Of a stretch of DNA of 64,000 bases, positions 39,872 through 48,515 are shown piece after piece. The notes beneath the pieces are model-generated. The model was not told where the DNA came from. It made no database searches and saw nothing but the letters and a program-made list of their open reading frames with translations. Within the stretch, counting starts at the first letter, position 1; every line of letters starts with the position of its first letter. The stretch is from Roseibacillus sp. (GTDB lineage: Bacteria; Verrucomicrobiota; Verrucomicrobiia; Verrucomicrobiales; Akkermansiaceae). The stretch covers positions 7,740-71,739 of the forward strand of contig JAYGGC010000278.1 of NCBI GenBank assembly GCA_046581525.1. Direction: 5' to 3'. The position numbers and the translations under genes are program-made.

Positions 39872-42800
39872 TCAAACCTCGTCGGGACCCATCCAGCGGA
39901 AGTTGGACACGCGGAAGCGGCGTCCGAAGTCGACGAAGCTCTCACCTTGCTCAAGGAGCGGGTTGAGTCCGGTCACATCGGGGTTCACTGGCTCCGGCGT
40001 GCGCTGCACGATGGCTTCGCACCAGGCGCGGGCTCTCACATTCCCCTGTCCGTCCACGGACTCACCGTAGGCCCGCACCACGAAGGTGTCCGAGCGGGGA
40101 CGGAGTGTGGAACCAATCACCTGGAGGATATCTCCCTGGGTCAGGTAGCCGGGAATTCCCCAGGCCACGGAGTCCGGCTTCAGGGTCTGGTCCAGGCGCG
40201 TGGCGTCGCTCATGTTGTCGAAGCGAACGGGAGGAAGATCATTCTCGTTATTAATCTTGAGCGGGCCGGTATCGAACTCGGCATTGACTCCGGCGGCGGA
40301 GAGGGCCGCCTCGATGGGGCCTTTCTCTCCGTGCACGTCGTCCACCAGGCGGCGGTTCACAAAGTCGGACAGGCCAAAGAAGGGAGCCCGTTCTTTCACC
40401 TCGCGCACGATCTCCTCTGCCAGCACATCGAGATCCCCGTCCGAGAGACTGCGGAAACCACCGGTGGCTTCCTTGTCCTCGGGCCCCGCATCCAACCACT
40501 CGCCCTGGGGCGGGTTGAGCAGGCGCGGGAAGGGAACCGCATATTCGCTGCCGTAACCCGTGTCGGCGGTGGTGGCGAGGACTGCCTTCCAGGCTTCCTT
40601 GCTCACCGAGTGGACATTGAAGCCACCCTCCAGCCACAGCTGGGAAGCTGCCCGGTGGAAGTCCGTGATATCGCTCTCCACCTTACTGCCGGAACCATAG
40701 AGACCGATCCGGCCATTGGGGAGCGGGTTCTCATCGGGATTCTCAAGGAAGTCCGACTTGCGACCGGAAGAGCCGGTCGAAACAAAGAAGTTGTCCCAGA
40801 GATTGAAGTTCACCTCGTAGCTCAGATCGTAGACCACAAAGTGATCGGTCGGGCGCTCAAAGAGAATCTGGCGCGTCAGCATGGCCCAGTAGTCGGGTCC
40901 CCGTCCGGAAGTCCGGCCATCGGCCCAGCCAAAGAGATACTGGTTCCAGCCATGGTTGGCCTTTTCGCGGGAAGACTGCAGGACCGGGCTGGTGGTCTTG
41001 CGACCCACTCGGGGATCCGCCAGCGAGTTGCCGATCGCATAGCTCGGATGCCAGCCAAACTCCGAGAGCTTGAGATGACGCATGTAGCCAATGGACGGAA
41101 TCCCGATTTCCTGGCGAGGCACTTCAAAGAGAACCACTTCGTCAGGACCGGCAACCGGCGCTCCGAACGGATTTCCGAGCATCCGGCCATCTTTGGGGCG
41201 GGGCATCATGGCCTGCCAGGAAACCGCCGAATCGAAGAGATCCCTGGTGTACACTCCGTAGAAGTGCGGAGGCTGGTCTGTCACGTTGTCCCAAGGGGTC
41301 CGGCAGAAGTAGGCTGCCCGCGGGTTCCAAGTCCCGACGATCGAGGTCTGCAAGTGATGCGGCGTGCGCCGGAGTTGTCCGGAGCCGCGAATGTTGGAGG
41401 CGTGCTCCTGCCACCAACGGAACCGGAAGCCATCGCGAGTCCGCGTATCCGGAATGGCCGTGCCCGGCAAGCGGTCGCGGCTGCTCCGCAGCGGATAGAC
41501 GGGGACGGGGTTGCGCGCGCTCCACTGCACCGGCAATTCGTCACTACCACCAGCCTGCACCGAGGTGTTCGCATAGACGATGGACTGCAGGTTGTTGAAA
41601 CTCGAGTCGGTGGCGCGGCCTCGCACGCTCGTGGCGTCTTTCAGGGACATCATGTAGTTATCACCACCAGACTGATTGCCCGGTCCCGGAAACTCCACAA
41701 AGCTGGCCAGCGGACTGGTGTGCTTCACCTGCATATCCTGCCAGAAGTAGATCGCAGGATCGGGCGCCACCGACGACGACAAGGTGTTGCGGAACACGTT
41801 TGAGATCTCATACTGCTGCGTGCGCTCGGGGCTGAAGACCAGGGTTTCGCCCGGCAACATCGTCGTCGGCGCGATGCTCATCAGGATCCATCCCACATAG
41901 TGCCCGGGGCTCTGGTCCGGTGCGCTCGGCTTGGCGCCCACCTTGGTCGAACCTCGGCCAAAGGGAATGGGGACATTCCGGCGAGTGCCATCGGCACCCG
42001 TGACCTGCACGTCCTTGTTCCCGTTCACAAAAATGGTCGCCACCATCGGGCCGGTCTGCAACTCAACGTTGAAGGGATTCCAAAGCGCGATGCGCGGATA
42101 GTAGCAGATCCGCAGGTTGTACTGGGTGTTGGGCGCCCCGGGGGTATCCGGATAGGAGGCCAGGTTGTAGTAAATCGAGCCCTCCACCATCACCGGGAAC
42201 ATATTGGGTTTATCGAAGGGAAGGAACGAGGCGGGGCGAAGGTTGCCACCGTCATAGACGTTGACCCCGTCGTTCATTCCCCGCAACGCACTCTGTTGGG
42301 CTGGTGCCGGCGCAATCATGTTGTGTTCGCTCTCCGAGTAGCCAAAGCGGCTCCCCATCAGCGACCAGTTACGCAGCAGGGCGAAGGTCGGGGCGATGTC
42401 GCGGTACTTGGTCTGGGCCCAACGGGTGCCTTGTTCGTCGGCTACATTCGGGTTCGCCGGTCCGATCATGTTGTCCAGGTCATTCAATCCCTGGGAGACG
42501 ATCCGGCCGTTCGCACGGAGATCCGAAATGCGGCCCCTGCTGTGCAGGAAGGCCGTCAGGTCGCGCTGCAGTCCTCCCTGCCGCACATTGGCCAGCACCG
42601 CCTTGGAATTGGTGGTGATGTGGTGGTAGGCGACTTTCATGTCATCCTTGTCGATGTTCTGCGCCAGTCCCAGAGTCTTGTGCGAAACCGTCCGGCGAGC
42701 CTCGTCATCGTCGAGCTCACCCAGTCCATCGATCTTTTCTTCCGCGGTATCCTGCGCGTTGACCAAGCGCTCCATCCCATCCGGACTGTTTCCCCGCCGG

Positions 42801-43531
42801 GGATTATCAAGGCTGTATTCGTCGACCTGGGCGACGTGCGCTTTCACGCCGAGATCACCGACCCAGAACGCATATCCGCCAGTCTCGCGTCCATTCTTCC
42901 ACGTCGCAACACGAGGCGCGAGGACTTCCTGGGAAACTCCCCCTCCCGCTCCATCTTCCACCGTGCCGGGACCAACCAACAGAATTGCACTTTCCTCGAG
43001 GCGCGCATTCTGCGCACTGATCATATCATCGCCTCTCTCCAGTCTGCCGCCTTCGTTGCCGCTCACAAGGTAGTTGAGCACTTCCTTCTCACGGTCATAT
43101 CCTTCCTCAAAGCGCCGGTCGCTCAGTCCACCCTCGAGGTCATTGCGCACCCAGGGAGACTTGTTCTCTACGCTCCCCGTGTCGCCCAGCCACTCCGTGC
43201 TCCACACCCCGGTCCAGAAGGGTTGATCCACCCCTTCGATGGAGAGCGATTCCGGACTTTCATCCAGGATTCCTGCCGCCGCCGAGACTCGCTGGTCGGG
43301 GCCCAATTGCTTCTGCAGATCACCAATGGCCAACATCAGGGCCAGGCGTGCGTTTGCTCTTGCTTCCAGTTTGGCCAGTTCCGCCGATGAGCTCCGCACC
43401 GTTACCGCCGAGAGGGAGAGGAGACCAATCGCGATCAGGGAAAGGAGTACCAGAATCGTGACGGTCGTGATCAGGGCGAAGCCTTTGCGTGCTCCTGCCC
43501 TGCGAGTTCTCAAAACAGATTTCGTCTTCAT
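39872..43531 (-). CDS. Giant (1219 aa) protein with GspK-like minor-pseudopilin N- and C-termini, tandem paralogue A
   Basis: The N-terminus is RKGFALITTVTILVLLSLIAIGLL (prepilin-like helix with no Glu at +5, as in GspK). The C-terminus shows GGFNVHSVSKEAWKAVL, ERAPFFGLSDFVNRRL and LRPRSDTFVVRAYGES...ARAWCEAIVQR. About 900 aa in between are unassigned. Confidence 0.8.
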   Translation of the reverse strand: MKTKSVLRTRRAGARKGFALITTVTILVLLSLIAIGLLSLSAVTVRSSSAELAKLEARANARLALMLAIGDLQKQLGPDQRVSAAAGILDESPESLSIEGVDQPFWTGVWSTEWLGDTGSVENKSPWVRNDLEGGLSDRRFEEGYDREKEVLNYLVSGNEGGRLERGDDMISAQNARLEESAILLVGPGTVEDGAGGGVSQEVLAPRVATWKNGRETGGYAFWVGDLGVKAHVAQVDEYSLDNPRRGNSPDGMERLVNAQDTAEEKIDGLGELDDDEARRTVSHKTLGLAQNIDKDDMKVAYHHITTNSKAVLANVRQGGLQRDLTAFLHSRGRISDLRANGRIVSQGLNDLDNMIGPANPNVADEQGTRWAQTKYRDIAPTFALLRNWSLMGSRFGYSESEHNMIAPAPAQQSALRGMNDGVNVYDGGNLRPASFLPFDKPNMFPVMVEGSIYYNLASYPDTPGAPNTQYNLRICYYPRIALWNPFNVELQTGPMVATIFVNGNKDVQVTGADGTRRNVPIPFGRGSTKVGAKPSAPDQSPGHYVGWILMSIAPTTMLPGETLVFSPERTQQYEISNVFRNTLSSSVAPDPAIYFWQDMQVKHTSPLASFVEFPGPGNQSGGDNYMMSLKDATSVRGRATDSSFNNLQSIVYANTSVQAGGSDELPVQWSARNPVPVYPLRSSRDRLPGTAIPDTRTRDGFRFRWWQEHASNIRGSGQLRRTPHHLQTSIVGTWNPRAAYFCRTPWDNVTDQPPHFYGVYTRDLFDSAVSWQAMMPRPKDGRMLGNPFGAPVAGPDEVVLFEVPRQEIGIPSIGYMRHLKLSEFGWHPSYAIGNSLADPRVGRKTTSPVLQSSREKANHGWNQYLFGWADGRTSGRGPDYWAMLTRQILFERPTDHFVVYDLSYEVNFNLWDNFFVSTGSSGRKSDFLENPDENPLPNGRIGLYGSGSKVESDITDFHRAASQLWLEGGFNVHSVSKEAWKAVLATTADTGYGSEYAVPFPRLLNPPQGEWLDAGPEDKEATGGFRSLSDGDLDVLAEEIVREVKERAPFFGLSDFVNRRLVDDVHGEKGPIEAALSAAGVNAEFDTGPLKINNENDLPPVRFDNMSDATRLDQTLKPDSVAWGIPGYLTQGDILQVIGSTLRPRSDTFVVRAYGESVDGQGNVRARAWCEAIVQRTPEPVNPDVTGLNPLLEQGESFVDFGRRFRVSNFRWMGPDEV

Positions 43532-43532
43532 T

Positions 43533-43556
43533 GGTCAGTTGGTCAGTCGGTCAGTG
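43533..43556. repeat. Triple 8-nt tandem repeat abutting the start codon of paralogue A
   Basis: The units are ggtcagtt, ggtcagtc and ggtcagtg. Paralogue B has a single copy at the equivalent site. Confidence 0.7.
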
Positions 43557-43766
43557 TATTCGCAATATACATACGAGAATCGGTTCTCGCGCCAGAAAAA
43601 TCTCTGTATTCACCAAGTATTCTCAGATTTCCGTTCAGTTCCAGAGCACCCACCCTGCGCTGACGCTCCAAAAACAGAGCTTCAAGGCCAATATCTGCCA
43701 TCAAATCACAGCGCCGCCCGGAGGTCAATTCCGTCTCATTCTCCGCAATTCTTGCTCCTCCCCGGC

Positions 43767-46700
43767 TTAAATCTCGTCCTCACTCAACCAGCGGAAGCTC
43801 ACCATCTGGAACTGGCGTCCGAAGTCGATGGCGCCCTTGACGTTCAGGATCGGATTGAGGCCGCTTTCATCGGGATTCACCGGCTCCGGAGTGCGCTGCA
43901 CAATCGCCTCGCACCAGGCCCGGGCCTGCACCTTCCCCTCGCTATCCAGTGACTCGCCGTAAGCCCGCACGAGGAAAGTGTCCGACCGCGGACGGAGGGC
44001 CGAACCGACGAGCTGCACGAGGTCTCCCTGGGTCAGGTAACCGGGAATCCCCCAGGCCACCGAGTCCGGCTTCAGGGTCTGGTCGAGCCGGGTGGCGTCA
44101 CTCATGTTGTCGAAGCGAACCGGTGGAAGATCTTCATCGTTATCGATCGCGTACGGTCCCGCATCCCACCTCGCGTTGATGCCGGAGGCGGAGATCGCCG
44201 CCTCGAGGGGCCCCTTCTCGCCGTGCGCGCTGTCCACCAGGCGCCGGTTGATGAAGTCCGAGAGACCGAAGAACGGAGCGCGCTCCTTGACCTCGCGCAC
44301 AATCTGCTCCGCAAGGGCATCAAGTTCTTCCTCGGAGAGACTGCGGAATCCGGCCATCGCTTCCTTGTCGTCAGCTTGCGCGGCGAGCCACTCCCCCTCC
44401 GGTGGGTTGAGAACCCGTGGAAATGGGATGGCCCCCTTGCTGCCGTAGCCGGTGTCCATCGTGGATGCCAGGAAGGCCTTCCAGGCATCCTTGCTGATGG
44501 AGTGCACGTTGAAACCACCCTCTAACAGAAGCTGACGGGCGGCACGGTGAAAGTCGTTGATCTCGCTCTCCACCCGGTCGCCGGATCCGTAGAGGCTGAT
44601 GCGGCTGTTGGGCAACGGGTTGTCATCCGGATCGTCCAGGAAGTCCGACTTGCGCGCCGCGTCCCCGGTCGACAGGAAGTAGTTGTCCCACAGATTGAAG
44701 TTCACCTCGTAGCTCAGGTCATAGACCACGAAGTGATCGGTGGGACGCTCGAAGAGAATCTGCCGGAAGAGCATCGCCCAGTAGTCCGGTCCCCGTCCGG
44801 AGACCCGGCCATCGGCCCAGCCAAAGAGATACTGGTTCCAGCCGTGATTGGCTCGTTCGCGGGACGACCGCAATACCGGGCTGGTCGTCTTGCGGCCCAC
44901 CCGGGGATCGGCCAGCGAGTTGCCGATCGCATAGCTCGGATGCCAGCCAAACTCCGAGAGCTTGAGATGGCGCAGGTATCCGAGGGACGGAATGCCGATC
45001 TCGGATCGCGGCACTTCGAAGAGCACCACCTGGTCCGCACCGGAAAGTGGCTGTCCAAACGGATTGCCCAGCTGCTTGCCGTCCTTCGGCCGGGGCATCA
45101 TCGACTGCCAGGACACCGCGGGATCGAAGAGGTCGCGGGTATACATCCCGAAGAAGTGCGGGGGCTGATCCGTCACGTTATCCCAAGGGGTTCGGGAGAA
45201 GTAGGCGGCCCGCGGATTCCAAGTCCCGATCAAGGAAGTCTGCAGGTGCTGCGGTGACCGCCGAAGTTGGCCCGATCCTCGCTGGTTGGACGGGTGCTCC
45301 CGCCACCAGCGCAACCGGAATCCGTCCCGCGTGCGCACATCCGGAATGGCCGTGCCCGGCAGGCGATCGCGGCCGCTGCGCAGCGCATAAACCGGGACCG
45401 GGTTGTTGGCACTCCATTGCACGGGCAACTCGTCGCTCCCACCGGCCTGCAGCGAGCAGTTGGCGTAGACGATCGACTGGAGATTGTTGAAGTTCGTGTC
45501 GGTGACCTGCCCGCCAACACTGGAAGTATCCTTGAGCGACATCATATAATTGTCGCCCCCGGACCGGTTGCCTGGTCCCGGAAATTCGATGAAGCTCTCC
45601 GGCGACCGCGAGTGCTTGGCCTGCATGTCCTGCCACCAGTAGAGGGAGGGATCGGGTGCAACTGAAGGAGAGAGCCTGTTACGGAAGACGTCTGAGATCT
45701 CGTACTGCTGAGTACGCTCCGGACTGAAGACCAGAGTCTCTCCCGGGGCCATCGTGACCGGCGCGATGTTGCAGAGAATCCATCCCACATAGTGTGCCGG
45801 ACTCACATCCGGGGCACTCTGAACCGCACCCACCTTGGTCGAACCGCGCCCGAAGGGAATGGGGGCACTCCGGCGACTTCCGTTGGAATCTGTGAGCTGC
45901 ACCTCCTTGTTTCCGTTCACAAAGATGGTCGCCACCATCGGCCCGGTCTTCAATGCGACATTGAAGGGATTCCAGAGTGCGATCCGCGGATAGTAGCAGA
46001 TCCGCAGCGTACGCTGGGAATTCGGGGTCCCGGGTCGATCCGGATAGGAGGCCAGGTTGTAGTAGAGCGAGCCTTCCACCATCACCGGGAACATGTTCGG
46101 GGTATCGAGGAGAAAGGGAGAGGCGGGGCGCAGATTGGCGCCGTCATAGACATTGATGCCGTTGTTCATCCCGCGCAGCATGGTCGGATCGCTCACCCCA
46201 GCCGGCACGATCATGTGGTGCTCCTTCTCCGACCAGCCCAGCTGTCTTCCGATCTGCGCCCACCTGCGCAGCAGGAGGAAGGTCGGGGAGATATCGCGAT
46301 ACTTGGTATCGGCCCAGTTCGTCCCCTGCTCGGAAGCCATCCTGGGGTTCGCCGGTCCGATCATGTTGTCCAGGTCAGCAAGTCCCTGGGAGACCACCTT
46401 GCCATTGACACGAAGATCCGCAATGGGACCGCGGCTGTTGAGGAAGGCCGTCAAGTCGCGCTGCAGCCCGCCCTGCCGGACGTTCACCAGGATGCTCCTG
46501 GAATAGGTCGTCATCGAGTGGAAGGCGCGCTTCAGGTCGTTCTTGTCGATGCCTTCGGCCAGGCCGGCAGTCCTGTCCGTGATCGTTCGGCGGGCCTCCT
46601 CTTCCTTCAGTTCACCCAGTCCATCGATCAATGCTGCTTCCGCGTCCAGGGCGTTCACCAGACGCTCCATGCCGTCGGGGCTGTTGCCACGCCGGGGAGC

Positions 46701-47414
46701 ATCGAGATTGTAGTCGTCCACTTGCGCCACGTGGGCCTTTACCCCGAGGTCCCCCACCCAAAAGGAATACGCGCCCGTCACCCGGCCATTCCTCGAGGTC
46801 GCCACGCGGGGTGCACTCACCCTCTGAAATTCGCCGGGGCCCGCCGACCCCGCACCAACCAGGAGAATTGCGTCGGCCCCGAGCTTGGCATGTTGCGCAC
46901 TGATGAAGTCGTCGCCCAACTCCGCCCTGCCCCCTTCATTGCCACTCACGAGGTAAATGAGCACCTCCCTCTCGCGGTCATAGCCTTCTTCAAAACGCCG
47001 GTCACGGAGTCCACCCTCGGTGTCGTTCCGCACCCACGGTGACTTGTTCTCATCGCTTCCAGTATCACCCAGCCATTCCGTGCTCCACACTCCGGTCCAA
47101 TGCGGTTGGTCCACCCCTTCGATGGAAAGCGAGTCGGGACTTTCATCCAGGATGCCGGCCTCGGCCGAGATGCGTTGGTCGGGGCCGAGTTGTGTTTGCA
47201 ACTCACCGAGCGCAAGCATCAGCGCCAGGCGGGAATTCGCTCGCGCTTCAAGTTGCGCCAGTTCTGCCGATCCACTCCGCACCGTCAGCGATGAGAGCGA
47301 AAGGAGACCAATCGCAACCAGCGACAGGATGACTAGGATCGCAATGGTGGTGATGAGAACGAACCCTCGGCGGGCCCCTCCTCCGAGCTTGCTCAAAACA
47401 GATTTCATCTTCAT
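43767..47414 (-). CDS. Giant (1215 aa) GspK-like protein, tandem paralogue B
   Basis: It is collinear with paralogue A over its full length, with roughly three quarters or more of residues identical by eye. It has the same N-terminal helix (RRGFVLITTIAILVILSLVAIGLL) and the same C-terminal motifs. Confidence 0.8.
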   Translation of the reverse strand: MKMKSVLSKLGGGARRGFVLITTIAILVILSLVAIGLLSLSSLTVRSGSAELAQLEARANSRLALMLALGELQTQLGPDQRISAEAGILDESPDSLSIEGVDQPHWTGVWSTEWLGDTGSDENKSPWVRNDTEGGLRDRRFEEGYDREREVLIYLVSGNEGGRAELGDDFISAQHAKLGADAILLVGAGSAGPGEFQRVSAPRVATSRNGRVTGAYSFWVGDLGVKAHVAQVDDYNLDAPRRGNSPDGMERLVNALDAEAALIDGLGELKEEEARRTITDRTAGLAEGIDKNDLKRAFHSMTTYSRSILVNVRQGGLQRDLTAFLNSRGPIADLRVNGKVVSQGLADLDNMIGPANPRMASEQGTNWADTKYRDISPTFLLLRRWAQIGRQLGWSEKEHHMIVPAGVSDPTMLRGMNNGINVYDGANLRPASPFLLDTPNMFPVMVEGSLYYNLASYPDRPGTPNSQRTLRICYYPRIALWNPFNVALKTGPMVATIFVNGNKEVQLTDSNGSRRSAPIPFGRGSTKVGAVQSAPDVSPAHYVGWILCNIAPVTMAPGETLVFSPERTQQYEISDVFRNRLSPSVAPDPSLYWWQDMQAKHSRSPESFIEFPGPGNRSGGDNYMMSLKDTSSVGGQVTDTNFNNLQSIVYANCSLQAGGSDELPVQWSANNPVPVYALRSGRDRLPGTAIPDVRTRDGFRLRWWREHPSNQRGSGQLRRSPQHLQTSLIGTWNPRAAYFSRTPWDNVTDQPPHFFGMYTRDLFDPAVSWQSMMPRPKDGKQLGNPFGQPLSGADQVVLFEVPRSEIGIPSLGYLRHLKLSEFGWHPSYAIGNSLADPRVGRKTTSPVLRSSRERANHGWNQYLFGWADGRVSGRGPDYWAMLFRQILFERPTDHFVVYDLSYEVNFNLWDNYFLSTGDAARKSDFLDDPDDNPLPNSRISLYGSGDRVESEINDFHRAARQLLLEGGFNVHSISKDAWKAFLASTMDTGYGSKGAIPFPRVLNPPEGEWLAAQADDKEAMAGFRSLSEEELDALAEQIVREVKERAPFFGLSDFINRRLVDSAHGEKGPLEAAISASGINARWDAGPYAIDNDEDLPPVRFDNMSDATRLDQTLKPDSVAWGIPGYLTQGDLVQLVGSALRPRSDTFLVRAYGESLDSEGKVQARAWCEAIVQRTPEPVNPDESGLNPILNVKGAIDFGRQFQMVSFRWLSEDEI

Positions 47415-47459
47415 GGGTCAGTCGGTTAACGTATTGCCATTATACATACCGTATCCACA

Positions 47460-47492
47460 TTGTAAATACGGTATATTCTTTGTAAATACGGT
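47460..47492. promoter_or_regulatory. 13-bp direct repeat (20-bp period) in the divergent gap between paralogue B and the hydroxylase gene
   Basis: TTGTAAATACGGT occurs at 47460-47472 and 47480-47492. An upstream ATACCGTAT is the reverse complement of the ATACGGTAT core. Confidence 0.3.
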
Positions 47493-47679
47493 CATTCCCG
47501 ACTGCAAATCCAAAAGGGAACCCTCAAGCTTCAAAAACAGGGGTTTTAGGGCCAATCTCAGGGTCCTCTCACAGGCTTCCCTCTGCTCAAATTCCGCATA
47601 TATTGCCCACGCTGCTACCCGATTTGGGGAATCCCGACCTCACCAGTCTGATTCTCCGGCCCGCAGCAATTTCCTGCCC

Positions 47680-48447
47680 ATGGACCCCCGCTACCTCCCT
47701 GCAGCTCTTGTCCTCGCGATCCTCTGGACCGCCGAATCACTCGCGCCCATGTTCGCGCCGCGTCGTCGGCGTCTCTCCCACAACGCCGCAAACTTCGGGC
47801 TCGCCGCGATCAATACCGCCCTCTCCTTCGGACTCGCTTTCGCGCTGCTCACGGTCACCGACTTCGCACGCTCTCACCACCTGGGCTTGCTCCCCCTCCT
47901 CCCTCTTCCCACCCCCTTGCACTGGATCCTCGGCCTTGTCCTCCTCGACTGCTGGCAGTACTGGTGGCATCGCCTCAATCATCGTCTTCCCTTCCTCTGG
48001 CGCTTCCATGCCGTCCACCACGCCGATGCCGAACTCGATGCCAGTTCCGGCGTTCGCTTTCACACCTTCGAGATCATCTTCTCCTTCCTTGCCCGTCTGC
48101 TCGTCCTCCCTCTCCTCGGTCTGACAATTCCGCATCTTCTTCTCTACGAAGCGATCTCCCTTCCCATCATCCTCTTCCACCACAGCAACCTCCGTATTCC
48201 CGCCCCATTCGATCGTGCCCTGCGCTGGCTCATCGTGACCCCGCGCATGCACTACGTGCACCATTCCCGGCACCAACCCGAGACCGACTCGAACTACGCC
48301 AGCTGTCTTTCTCTCTGGGACCGCCTCTTCCGCTCCTTCCGCCTCCGCGAACACCCCGGAGAGATCGAACTGGGTCTCGACCATTGGAGTGAACGCGAAT
48401 GGCGCAGCCTCCCTGGCATGCTCCTGACCCCCTTCCGCCGCAAATAA
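47680..48447 (+). CDS. Fatty acid hydroxylase / sterol desaturase family membrane protein
   Basis: The start is the ATG at 47680. Histidine boxes are HRLNH, HAVHH and HYVHH. The protein is multi-TM. Confidence 0.85.
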   Translation: MDPRYLPAALVLAILWTAESLAPMFAPRRRRLSHNAANFGLAAINTALSFGLAFALLTVTDFARSHHLGLLPLLPLPTPLHWILGLVLLDCWQYWWHRLNHRLPFLWRFHAVHHADAELDASSGVRFHTFEIIFSFLARLLVLPLLGLTIPHLLLYEAISLPIILFHHSNLRIPAPFDRALRWLIVTPRMHYVHHSRHQPETDSNYASCLSLWDRLFRSFRLREHPGEIELGLDHWSEREWRSLPGMLLTPFRRK

Positions 48448-48515
48448 TCAACCCTCAGGAGAAACGCCAGCCCCGGCATCTGAGCGTCTCTACCCTGGTC
48501 CCTGAACACGCTCCC

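Noticed and set aside
39872-47414. The tandem duplication could be a mobile or composite element.
   Set aside because: There are no transposase, integrase, terminal inverted repeats or target-site duplications at the unit boundaries. It looks like a plain tandem gene duplication.
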